Assembly (NCBI GenBank): GCA_048939265.1 | Contig: JBHLPQ010000001.1 | Span: forward strand, 6,726 to 70,725 | From: Promethearchaeota archaeon | GTDB lineage: Archaea; Asgardarchaeota; Heimdallarchaeia; Hodarchaeales; Hodarchaeaceae | Direction of reading: 5' to 3' | Length of the DNA: 64,000 nt | Shown here: in pieces, positions 56,171 through 64,000 of the stretch | Layout: every line of letters starts with the position of its first letter | How positions within the stretch are numbered: the stretch's first letter is position 1 | Made by a program: the position numbers and the translations under genes | The notes under the pieces: model-generated | Databases searched by the model: none | Told to the model about the DNA's origin: nothing | The model's input: only the letters and a program-made list of their open reading frames with translations

Positions 56171-56228
56171 GATCTTCAGTATAACTTCTCCTTCTTTTTT
56201 TTCTGAATTAATAAGGCGTGCATCAGAT

Positions 56229-57179
56229 GTGGCTAGATTTACAGTAATAAACTTTATTAAACTCAAGAACCATAATATGGGGATTATGATGAGTCAAATG
56301 AAAAATTTACCCACAGGTATTATATTGTTAATATCCGCATCCGCATTTGTAGCAGGACTAATTCAGACTGATTTGACTTCTAATAGTGTCACACTCAGTC
56401 AAGAGAAGAAATTACTCGAAAATAGGCTTGATCGAATGCGAGAGAAGGCCAATGATATCTATATCCATGAGTTGGTTACTATTAATGAAGCTACTCACCG
56501 AGCTACTGAAATAAGATTATTAGACATCGATCTCTCCCACAATATTGCAAGTATGACTGCTGATGAAGTAAATAGCGTTTATTCACAAATTAAATTCCTA
56601 TTAGAGCAAATGAAATCCTACTTGGAGGCATTAGACCTAGCAAAAATGTATAGTCACTTCCAAGTTAATGATAGTGATTATGTCATCGCATCGGAGGAAG
56701 AAGATGGTTATGAATATACCATCACAAAGCAATACCACAATGAAAACAAAGTCATTGAGAATCAGACAGCAAACATGGTATACGGATTTCTCTACAGCTA
56801 TCTAGAAGTTAGCTCGTTGGGGGCACCAGGGTGGTTCTATTACCCTGTAGGGGATTTTCGAACGTTTTTATATACCCCATTAAAAGCAGTTCAAGATGAA
56901 ATAGATGATTTAGCAGTACGAATTGATACATTAAGCTTCAGAGCAGATAGGATCGGACTAGGCGTTTCATTAACCGCAATAGCAGTCATTCTTTCAGCAG
57001 CAATGGCCACGAGAATTAATGAAAAGAAAATGAGTTACGACCTGTCAGTCATACAATCAAACCTCGATGAAGGGAAGACAGAAATAATTACTGAATCAGA
57101 TCTGATTTCCATCCCAGTCCTTCTGATGGCCGCCACACTGTCCATCTTAGGAGTGATCATTCCCATAGTGTTTAGCTGA
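56229..57179 (+). CDS. Hypothetical membrane-anchored coiled-coil protein (N-terminal and C-terminal TM helices)
   Basis: N-terminal TM (TGIILLISASAFVAGLIQ), a long helical middle, and two C-terminal hydrophobic segments. Confidence 0.4.
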   Translation: MARFTVINFIKLKNHNMGIMMSQMKNLPTGIILLISASAFVAGLIQTDLTSNSVTLSQEKKLLENRLDRMREKANDIYIHELVTINEATHRATEIRLLDIDLSHNIASMTADEVNSVYSQIKFLLEQMKSYLEALDLAKMYSHFQVNDSDYVIASEEEDGYEYTITKQYHNENKVIENQTANMVYGFLYSYLEVSSLGAPGWFYYPVGDFRTFLYTPLKAVQDEIDDLAVRIDTLSFRADRIGLGVSLTAIAVILSAAMATRINEKKMSYDLSVIQSNLDEGKTEIITESDLISIPVLLMAATLSILGVIIPIVFS

Positions 57180-57328
57180 TACCCCATATTAGAAGAATAA
57201 GTCAAGCTTCATGACAGAAAGTGATGGTGTACGGAGAACAGCAACCATAGAAGTGGCAAAATCCCGAAAAAACGAAATAATTGCCCCATTAAATTGCTTT
57301 ATTAATAGATGAAAGACTGCGCGGAAGT

Positions 57329-58096
57329 ATGAGCTTCGTTCAAAGGAATCTAAAAGCAATTGTAGTGATAGTTGCAGTTGTTGCCATTACCTCGGGAGCG
57401 GTTTTCGCCGTAGTTGTTTTCAACTCTAATGCAAGAATCAACGTAACATTATTATTCAACGCGGGAGTAATGATTGAAGTAGAAGACACTAGGATCTATA
57501 TAGATCCATATGATTTGCCATTGAGATACTCAGATCGTCCAGCAGATGTAATACTCATTACACACGACCATGGAGATCATTATGAACCAATGTCTATTGA
57601 TTTGCTTGTAACAGAGGACACCCAATTATTTTTCCCAGCCATAATGAGTCAAGAAGTGTCTGAATATGGAGCAGAGGCCGTACAGCCAGGAGATACGTTC
57701 ACATTCGATACTTTCAATATGACATGTTTCTATATGTATACAATGCCTGGATCTGATCAATCAAGTCATCCCAAGGAGAATAACTACACTAGCTACATTA
57801 TTGAGCTGGAAGGAATGACCATGTTTCATGCAGGCGATTCCTGGGAAATTGTGGAATATGAACAATTGACTGGAACGATAGATCTAGCGTTTCTTCCACT
57901 CGGGCCTGGATGTCAAACCATGACAGAGATGGCTGTAGTAAGAGTAATCGAAACAATCGAACCGAGTTATTTCATCCCTATTCATTACACGGAAGAAGCG
58001 AAAGAGGACTTTTTAGACCTATACAAGGAAAGCGTTGAAGACTGTGGCTGTAGATTGATTAACCTAGACTATTACGAATCGTACGGATTTAACTGA
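57329..58096 (+). CDS. Secreted MBL-fold metallo-hydrolase (intact HxHxDH motif: THDHGDH)
   Basis: N-terminal signal/TM (AIVVIVAVVAITSGAVFAVVVF), ILITHDHGDHYEP, and downstream His/Asp residues at MBL spacing. Confidence 0.7.
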   Translation: MSFVQRNLKAIVVIVAVVAITSGAVFAVVVFNSNARINVTLLFNAGVMIEVEDTRIYIDPYDLPLRYSDRPADVILITHDHGDHYEPMSIDLLVTEDTQLFFPAIMSQEVSEYGAEAVQPGDTFTFDTFNMTCFYMYTMPGSDQSSHPKENNYTSYIIELEGMTMFHAGDSWEIVEYEQLTGTIDLAFLPLGPGCQTMTEMAVVRVIETIEPSYFIPIHYTEEAKEDFLDLYKESVEDCGCRLINLDYYESYGFN

Positions 58097-58131
58097 TTGA
58101 AAATCCCCTTCCCCTATCAAGTGTGTCATAA

Positions 58132-58959
58132 ATGCGCTTTAAGAAGCCAGCAACCATAATAATCCTATTATGGGTCATTTTAACCCCAGCCGTGGTAGCT
58201 AATACCAACGAAAATAAGGTAACTATCACACATATTAAAAGCGATAACCAATACCTCAATGTGTCAATGGTGTGCATTGAGGGAAATGACACAAGAATAT
58301 ACATCGATCTGTTTGATATCCCTCAAGAATATGCTGACAAGCCAGCAGATGTGATTTTCATCACTCACAACCACTCAGCTCATTATGACCCAACATCAAT
58401 CGATTTGGTCGCCCAGAACACGACCACATTTATCGGACCCAGTGTCTGTGATGAGTTCATCTCCAAATATAATGGGACTGGAATAGTTCCAGGAGATAAT
58501 GGAACTGTTGCAGGGATCCAATATGAAGCGTTCAGAGCCTACAATACCGCACACCCGTATCAGGACAACCAAAGCGGCTATATCATCACTATAAACGGGT
58601 TTAGAATATTCCATACGGGAGATACGGGAAATATTCCTGAATTTCAGGATTTAGAAGGAACAATTGACGTTCTTATACTCGCAGTAGGGAGCGACTATGC
58701 AACAATGACGTTTGACGATGCCATCGACACCATTGGGGTAATTCAACCTGACTATTTCATCCCAGTTCATTACTTAAGAATGAGTATCACTAGTTTTATC
58801 GAGGAATGCGAAGAAACTTATCCTGACCTCAAAATTTACACAGACGAACTGGTGTTACCAGAAGAAACGGAAGGAGGGGTATCAGGGTATGTCTTGATAG
58901 TGTCTGCTTGTGCTATAGCAATGCTAATTATTTATCGCAAAAAAAAGAAGCATCCTTGA
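58132..58959 (+). CDS. Tandem paralog MBL-fold protein with a degenerate metal-binding motif (THNHSAH, Asp replaced by Ala) and a C-terminal TM plus Lys-rich tail
   Basis: Colinear with the upstream paralog (..TRIYIDL.D.P.EY.D.PADVI.ITH.H..HY.P.SIDL..), but the HxHxDH Asp is Ala. The C-terminus is EGGVSGYVLIVSACAIAMLIIYRKKKKHP. Confidence 0.65.
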   Translation: MRFKKPATIIILLWVILTPAVVANTNENKVTITHIKSDNQYLNVSMVCIEGNDTRIYIDLFDIPQEYADKPADVIFITHNHSAHYDPTSIDLVAQNTTTFIGPSVCDEFISKYNGTGIVPGDNGTVAGIQYEAFRAYNTAHPYQDNQSGYIITINGFRIFHTGDTGNIPEFQDLEGTIDVLILAVGSDYATMTFDDAIDTIGVIQPDYFIPVHYLRMSITSFIEECEETYPDLKIYTDELVLPEETEGGVSGYVLIVSACAIAMLIIYRKKKKHP

Positions 58960-59191
58960 ATTGAACCTCCAGATTGAAGGGGTACAGCGGAGAATTATAG
59001 GAAGCATTGTAAATTTTGAGAAATGCGAATGATGGGTATACAAATAGGAAAACAATGAAAGAATATCCTCTAATAAGTGGAACTTTAATAACGGGAAAGC
59101 AGAATCATTGATGGTAGTAGATGGCAGGAGTAGAGGCTACTTCCAAGATTGAATTCCCTACAATATAAGAAACAAGGTGTGAGAAATAAGA

Positions 59192-59572
59192 ATGAAAGAT
59201 TTAACAATACGAGGAGAAGATCGGCCTGGTACTCTAGCTGATACAGGAGAGAGACTAGGAGAAGCTAACATCAATATTGAAGGGATCACAGGGTGTCGCT
59301 GCGAAGGAAAAAGAGAGCTTCATGTTTTACTGGAAGACACCTCGGTAGCTCGACGGGTCTTAGAGAAAGCTCAGATCGACGTGATAAAAGAACGGGAAGT
59401 TCTTGTGGTGGAGATTGAAGACCAGCCCGGTGAATTGGGAAGGATCACCCGGAGAATTGTTAACAATGGAGTTAATATTAACCTGGTCTACCTAGCAACC
59501 AAGAATCGATTAGTCTTGGGAGTTGATGATCTAGATAAAGCCAGAGGAATCTTGAAGCAAAAAAACCCATAA
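59192..59572 (+). CDS. Small tandem ACT-domain protein
   Basis: Two ~60-aa halves, each with a G-x-L ACT-like loop (EDRPGTLADTGERLGEANINIEGI ; EDQPGELGRITRRIVNNGVNINLV). Confidence 0.5.
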   Translation: MKDLTIRGEDRPGTLADTGERLGEANINIEGITGCRCEGKRELHVLLEDTSVARRVLEKAQIDVIKEREVLVVEIEDQPGELGRITRRIVNNGVNINLVYLATKNRLVLGVDDLDKARGILKQKNP

Positions 59573-59609
59573 GAGAAATCGGAAAAATAAACTGTCTGAG
59601 GTACAGCCA

Positions 59610-60281
59610 ATGAAACTAGGTGAATTCACAGAAGCACAAATCCTAGCATTAGCAAAAACAGCATATGAAAAAGGGAGTGCGCAATTCTCAATAAAAGTCA
59701 ATAAAACTGCTCTCATAGTCGTGGACATGCAAGAGGAGTTTGTAAAACCTCACTGGACACCCTTTTGGATCCCAGAAGCAACACGACAAGTTAATACGAT
59801 TAAAACATTAATAAACACCTGTCGGGAGAAAGGAATACCGATTATCTATACAGCAGTAGCATATACCCATTTTCGGAAAGATCGGCCTAGTACAGGAGAC
59901 CTGATGCCAAACCGATATTCAGAGCTGGGAATTGAAGATCCTGTTATCTTCAGAGATGGACACATTTGGGAGGAACTCACGCCATTAACAGAGGAAATTG
60001 TGATCTATAAACCCTCCTATGGGGCGTTCTATGACACCCCCTTGGAAACGATCCTTCGAAATCTGGGGAAAGATACTATCATCATTTGTGGGACATTAAC
60101 GAATTATTGTTGTGGAATGACCGCACGGCAAGGATACGAGAGAGGATTCAAAGTCATTCTGGGGAGCGATGTGACTTCAACAAATGACCCAGAAATGCAT
60201 GAAGCAGAATTAAAAGTCTTAAGAGCGGGATTCGCTCGAGTTCTTACCTCAGCTGAGATTATCAAGGAGCTAAATGTGTAG
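59610..60281 (+). CDS. Isochorismatase-family cysteine hydrolase
   Basis: ALIVVDMQEEF (catalytic Asp), a conserved Lys region, and the catalytic Cys in IIICGTLTNYCCGMTARQGYERGFKVILGSD. Confidence 0.8.
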   Translation: MKLGEFTEAQILALAKTAYEKGSAQFSIKVNKTALIVVDMQEEFVKPHWTPFWIPEATRQVNTIKTLINTCREKGIPIIYTAVAYTHFRKDRPSTGDLMPNRYSELGIEDPVIFRDGHIWEELTPLTEEIVIYKPSYGAFYDTPLETILRNLGKDTIIICGTLTNYCCGMTARQGYERGFKVILGSDVTSTNDPEMHEAELKVLRAGFARVLTSAEIIKELNV

Positions 60282-60480
60282 GAGATCCTGCAAATTTTTG
60301 GAGTAGAATTTAGACTTATTACTCAAGGAAATACGGTGAAAAACAAACTGAAAAAAAAGTCTTATTTCCAAATTTTACTTAGAAATACGCTTCCTTCCAT
60401 TTTTTGAAAAAATTGGTCTTTAGTTCCTACAAATTTAAAGGTAGTAAATGTAGTAAAAACCATTTATAACCAGCTAACGT

Positions 60481-60531
60481 GAATTGGATTAAGTAGTGTA
60501 CGCCACCAAGCTAAATCTTTAATGAACTCAG
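60481..60531. repeat. Copy 1 of a diverged ~50-nt direct repeat (AATTGGATT...CCA-AGCTAAATCTTTAATGAACT) in the 3' flank of the PIN gene
   Basis: A 20-21-nt near-identical core (AGCTAAATCTTTA[A]ATGAACT) plus an upstream AATTGGATT block shared with 62285..62345. Confidence 0.55.
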
Positions 60532-60537
60532 TTACAA

Positions 60538-60969
60538 CTATTGTATTGAAGTCAAGCGTAGGATATCAGGAATTTTATCAAAATCTGAATCAAAAGAAGC
60601 AATCCGACTGAGGTTCAAGACTTTCATGGCTTGATACAGACAGGCATCATCAAAATCCAGACCGAGCGAGACCATATGATCGGTAGCTTCAATTTTATCA
60701 AAAATAGATAACTGATAAATTTCAAGGCCTTTGTAAGCAAGTAAGGAGAGAAGAAAGCGTTTAATTTCAGAAGGAGATTTACCATAATGTTCCAAGATGA
60801 TAATAATGGAATCAATCGTAAAATCAGTAATATAACCCTCAACGTCTTTCTGGAGAACAGCTTTTAGGATACCTGCAGCTGCTGGTGCCTTTTCTTGATT
60901 GAGTTGGACTTCCAAGAAGATGTTTGCGTCAATTAACATGAACAATCCCAGACGATTATTATTGCCCAA
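60538..60969 (-). CDS. vapC: PIN-domain ribonuclease toxin (VapC-like)
   Basis: MLIDANIFLE (first acidic residue), plus DFDDACLYQAM and ASFDSDFD acidic motifs at PIN spacing. 143 aa. An 11-nt overlap with the upstream small gene. Confidence 0.75.
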   Translation of the reverse strand: MGNNNRLGLFMLIDANIFLEVQLNQEKAPAAAGILKAVLQKDVEGYITDFTIDSIIIILEHYGKSPSEIKRFLLSLLAYKGLEIYQLSIFDKIEATDHMVSLGLDFDDACLYQAMKVLNLSRIASFDSDFDKIPDILRLTSIQ

Positions 60970-61234
60970 CGCGAAATTCCGAGGCTTTATGCTGGAGCTC
61001 TACCGAGGTAAGAGTGATCCCTTCCAGTTGGCCTCGGATGACTTCAATCGGATCCTTAGGAATGTTCAAATTGTCCAAGTTAGTCGCATACTCTTGAAGC
61101 CACCTCTTGAAGGCAGCTTCCGCAGCTTTACTCAACGACCCTTTTCCATAACCAAAGACTTTCATGGCCGTTTTTCGAAATTCTGCCTCAATTTGAGGAT
61201 CAACATAAACCTTGATGCCCTTCATGATAATCAA
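60959..61234 (-). CDS. vapB: Putative VapB-type antitoxin (ribbon-helix-helix-like)
   Basis: 91 aa, upstream of and overlapping vapC. An RHH-like pattern (KVYVDPQIEAEFRKTAMKVFGYGKGSLSKAAEAAFKRWLQE). Confidence 0.55.
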   Translation of the reverse strand: MIIMKGIKVYVDPQIEAEFRKTAMKVFGYGKGSLSKAAEAAFKRWLQEYATNLDNLNIPKDPIEVIRGQLEGITLTSVELQHKASEFRVGQ

Positions 61235-61402
61235 GAAAAAATAGGGCCCTAAGATATAAAAATCTTACCACCTTAAGATCCTTATCAAAAGTAACCTTCC
61301 CACATCAAATGTTGATAATTCCTTCTTACCTCCTAAAACAGGATACCCTCCTTAAAAATTAAATAAATTATTACAATCAAACCTAGGATCATAATAACCC
61401 AG

Positions 61403-61921
61403 TTAGATATTGAACATAACATAAGGAATCCCAAAAAAAGTATCCCCAATTAGATCCTTAATCTGGTTCCGGGTGCTGTTTGTATCGTAATAGATTTCTA
61501 CTTCCCCTTTTCCAAGACAGCGCTCTACTAATGAAACAAAAACATAGCCAGGGCTAATATTTTCAATTTGCTCAACCGTGTCGAGATGTTCATTATAAAT
61601 TTGTTCTGCTTGACTCATATCAGGTAATTGGTCACAAGGAACCCGTTGAGAATCATGCTGAAGAATTAAAAATGGTTCAACTACCCAGTAAAGAATGACA
61701 GCTCCCCCAAGTATAGTACCTGAGATAAATACAACCAATAGAATCCAGGTTTTTTTGTGTTGAAAATCAAAAAGCTGATGCAATTGGCTCCATATTATCC
61801 TTCGAAAATTAGATATAAAAAACCTTCCCTTGAGAATCATGCTCAACAAGATAGCAGTTAAGTTTTGGACGGTTAATATTGATATCATCATAGGAGGGAT
61901 GTATGAAGTACTTTGTTCCAA
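61403..61921 (-). CDS. Hypothetical membrane protein (2 TM) with an extracytoplasmic C-terminal domain
   Basis: Hydrophobic segments ISILTVQNLTAILLSMIL and ILLVVFISGTILGGAVILYWVV. No family assigned. Confidence 0.4.
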   Translation of the reverse strand: MEQSTSYIPPMMISILTVQNLTAILLSMILKGRFFISNFRRIIWSQLHQLFDFQHKKTWILLVVFISGTILGGAVILYWVVEPFLILQHDSQRVPCDQLPDMSQAEQIYNEHLDTVEQIENISPGYVFVSLVERCLGKGEVEIYYDTNSTRNQIKDLIGDTFFGIPYVMFNI

Positions 61922-61942
61922 ATAACAAATAATCTAGATTAT

Positions 61943-62101
61943 GTGATATTTCAGATTTTAGTGGCGTATGGCCCGCTTACGCGTCCAGAAATGTTTTAAT
62001 TAACAGGTATTGCACGGAGCTCAATCTATAATGGCTTACAACGATTAATAGCGAATGGATATGCCGTGGAGTATACAGAGAAGAGAAGTCACACGGGATG
62101 A
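61943..62101 (+). pseudogene. Small winged-helix (MarR/PadR/TrmB-like) gene interrupted by an in-frame TAA at 61997..61999
   Basis: Conceptual translation (GTG start) VIFQILVAYGPLTRPEMF*LTGIARSSIYNGLQRLIANGYAVEYTEKRSHTG. The stop falls between helix 1 and the recognition helix of a well-conserved wHTH pattern (ILxxxGPLTxxEl..xTGIsrSsvy..L.rL...GyV). Confidence 0.35.
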
Positions 62102-62284
62102 CCAACTACAGTGTTTGATGCCCTATTATGAGATGTGTTAGATAAATAACTTGAAAAGGAATTCCAAGCGCTGGGGGATTGATTGTTTTTATTTGGACAG
62201 TGGGATTAGCACTTCTTCTTATATGGTGTATTAGTTTGTTAGGGATATTAACTTATTTTACCAACTACTAAGATAATAGTTAAA

Positions 62285-62345
62285 AAATTGGATTCTGATA
62301 AATACTTCCTGTATGTTGCCAGCTAAATCTTTAAATGAACTACAT
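62285..62345. repeat. Copy 2 of the diverged ~50-nt direct repeat (AATTGGATT...CCAGCTAAATCTTTAAATGAACT) in the 3' flank of the MarR gene
   Basis: See copy 1. Same orientation, 1.8 kb apart. Confidence 0.55.
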
Positions 62346-62374
62346 AGGCAGAATTTCACGTAAAGCTTGATGTT

Positions 62375-62806
62375 TTATCTTTCTAATTCTCCTCTCGAAG
62401 TGACTTTGCGGAGTAAACGTGCGAGGGTATCCACTTCTTCCTTCGTTAAATGGTCAAACATCTCCCGAGTTATTTCTATTGTTGCTTCAAATCTTTTAAT
62501 CACAAGCTTATGTCCTTTATTGGTCAGATTCAGAACCACTTTACGTCGATCATTGGGATGGCCTTCCCTCGTAACAAATTCATATGCTACTAGCCTATCT
62601 ACTATGTTTGTGGCTGTACTTGGAGCCATCTGGAATTTGTCTACCAGATGTTTCATAGTACAAACTGGTATTTCACTGATTTGACGTAATACTTCGGCCT
62701 CTTGAAAAAGTAATTCTAATTTATCTTCAAAAAGCGTGTGCTTAGAATATTCTGTAAAGATATCAGCTATTGCACTTAATATTTGTTCTTCTGATTCGTT
62801 TCTCAC
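62375..62806 (-). CDS. MarR-family transcriptional regulator
   Basis: MarR wHTH (CTMKHLVDKFQMAPSTATNIVDRLVAYEFVTREGHPNDRRKVVLNLTNKGHKLV), 143 aa. Confidence 0.8.
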   Translation of the reverse strand: MRNESEEQILSAIADIFTEYSKHTLFEDKLELLFQEAEVLRQISEIPVCTMKHLVDKFQMAPSTATNIVDRLVAYEFVTREGHPNDRRKVVLNLTNKGHKLVIKRFEATIEITREMFDHLTKEEVDTLARLLRKVTSRGELER

Positions 62807-63082
62807 TGATCATCTTCCCTATTCCATTTATTGAAAGAAAATAAATTGATTATTTATAAATATTTTACTTTTGAACATTTCTATATGGAATATTCCGAAA
62901 TCGAAGCAAATATAAAGTTTTTTTGTACTGTGCCCATTGGTAGTTTAACAGTCTAATGGCTGATTAAACAATAAAAAAACATATCAATTAACCCCTAATA
63001 TGTTGAGTTGGTGTGAATAATAACAACTGCTTCAAAGTGGAATTCTTCTAATGTATATCACACCTTTCATACTACTGTACCT

Positions 63083-64000
63083 GTGGTGTCGTGGTTATCG
63101 AATTCTCAGGGAGTTACCGTATATATCAGTGACAATGTGAAAAACATCTATGGTTATACACCTGAAGAGATTTATATTGCAAAAGAAGATTTATGGTATG
63201 GTCGAATCCATGCTGATGATCAGCGACAAGTTCGCAGCAAATTTTCCGCTTTTATAGAGAATGGCACAGAATATGATGTAGAATATCGTATCCAGAAAAA
63301 AGATGGGACGTGGATCTGGATTCGTGATAAAGCTTTAGCTATTTATGAGTATAAAGGAGCCAACTACGCGTATGGAGTCTTCTTTGACATTTCTACGTTG
63401 AAAAAGCGTGAACAATTCTTGCAGAGTATCATTAGCCATACTCAAGATGGTTTAATGATCCTTGATGCCAATGGAGTAGTTAGAGAGTGGAATCCTCCTA
63501 TGGCTGAGTCAACCGAAATTCGGGCCCAAAAAGCGATTGGTTCATCCTTCTGGGATGTTTTATCCTCACTGATCCCTCTAAAGTCACATAGATCATCCTA
63601 TTTAAAACTTATCAAATCCCAATATAAGGAATTTATGGCAGGGAAATCCCCATGTCTGAGTAAACCATTTGAGATCCAACTTAATATCAACAACAGACCC
63701 AAAGTCTTTCGCTTATCCTTTTTTCCAATACAAATTGGGGAATGTCGATTATTAGGGAGTTTTTGGCGTGATATTAATTATCAAAAACAACTGGAAAATC
63801 GTCTCCAAAAACAATTCCTCCGCTTTGGTTTAGAGGATCAATCCGTTTATCTTGTAAATGAAGTGGGGCCACTCATTTCGAAAGAAGCATTTAGTGATCT
63901 TCTCAACAATGGCTATATGGGTTTTGTTATCTCACGTACAACAGATATGATCCAATCCTCCAACTATCCTGATACTTGCAAGTTTCTTTGGTTAGCAGAT
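63083..64000 (+). CDS. PAS-domain sensor protein, 5' partial/uncertain start (no in-frame ATG before the first PAS; a GTG at 63083 is assumed). The CDS runs off the 3' end of the window.
   Basis: Two PAS/S-box-like segments (NIYGYTPEEIYIAKEDLWYGRIHADD....EYDVEYRIQKKDGTWIWIRDKA ; LMILDANGVVREWNPPMAES....). The frame is open from 63017 to the window end. Confidence 0.55.
   Translation, partial: MVSWLSNSQGVTVYISDNVKNIYGYTPEEIYIAKEDLWYGRIHADDQRQVRSKFSAFIENGTEYDVEYRIQKKDGTWIWIRDKALAIYEYKGANYAYGVFFDISTLKKREQFLQSIISHTQDGLMILDANGVVREWNPPMAESTEIRAQKAIGSSFWDVLSSLIPLKSHRSSYLKLIKSQYKEFMAGKSPCLSKPFEIQLNINNRPKVFRLSFFPIQIGECRLLGSFWRDINYQKQLENRLQKQFLRFGLEDQSVYLVNEVGPLISKEAFSDLLNNGYMGFVISRTTDMIQSSNYPDTCKFLWLAD

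Noticed and set aside
1-64000. CRISPR arrays, rRNA genes, transposases/integrases, large tandem DNA repeats
   Set aside because: None seen. No regularly spaced 25-40-nt direct repeats, no recognisable rRNA stretches, and no DDE/tyrosine-recombinase-like ORFs in the six-frame track.

Overview
This window reads as an AT-rich archaeal chromosomal segment: archaeal-type ribosomal proteins, aSUI1, RpoP, an RNase P protein subunit, and tRNAs carrying non-canonical introns. Coding is dense on both strands and combines housekeeping genes with several accessory modules.

Housekeeping and metabolism:
- Ornithine carbamoyltransferase sits beside a MoaD-like Ubl gene, a CofE-like ligase and an intron-containing tRNA-Gly(CCC).
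- Acetyl-CoA synthetase, a methionine aminopeptidase, and a split methylmalonyl-CoA mutase in an operon with a cob(I)alamin adenosyltransferase.
- A tRNA-His(GUG) with an inserted segment in its 5' half.
- A fragmented ribosomal-protein cluster: uS19 alone and inverted, then uL22-uS3-uL29-Rpp29-uS17-uL14-uL24-eS4-uL5-uS14, ending in a Trm5-like methyltransferase.

Accessory modules:
- A very large glycoprotein-like surface protein (1733 aa) followed by a MoxR / DUF58(vWA) / DUF4129 / DUF4350 membrane module.
- Two convergent, mirror-image ABC transporter operons, each a fused double-FtsX permease plus two different ATPase genes. One ATPase carries a C-terminal AbrB/SpoVT-like domain.
- A bacterial-type RNase III with a dsRBD.
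- A TPR-plus-HEPN-like protein.
- An 897-aa surface protein with DUF2341 and two FN3 domains.
- A secreted/anchored cluster: an LVIVD beta-propeller, a membrane coiled-coil protein, and two tandem MBL-fold paralogs, one with a degenerate metal motif.
- A VapBC pair lying between two diverged ~50-nt direct repeats, next to a small wHTH gene interrupted by an in-frame TAA.
- A MarR regulator and a partial PAS sensor at the 3' edge.

No CRISPR array, rRNA or obvious transposase was seen. All calls come from reading the six-frame translations and the raw sequence by eye; family assignments rest on remembered motifs and should be confirmed by HMM/BLAST searches.
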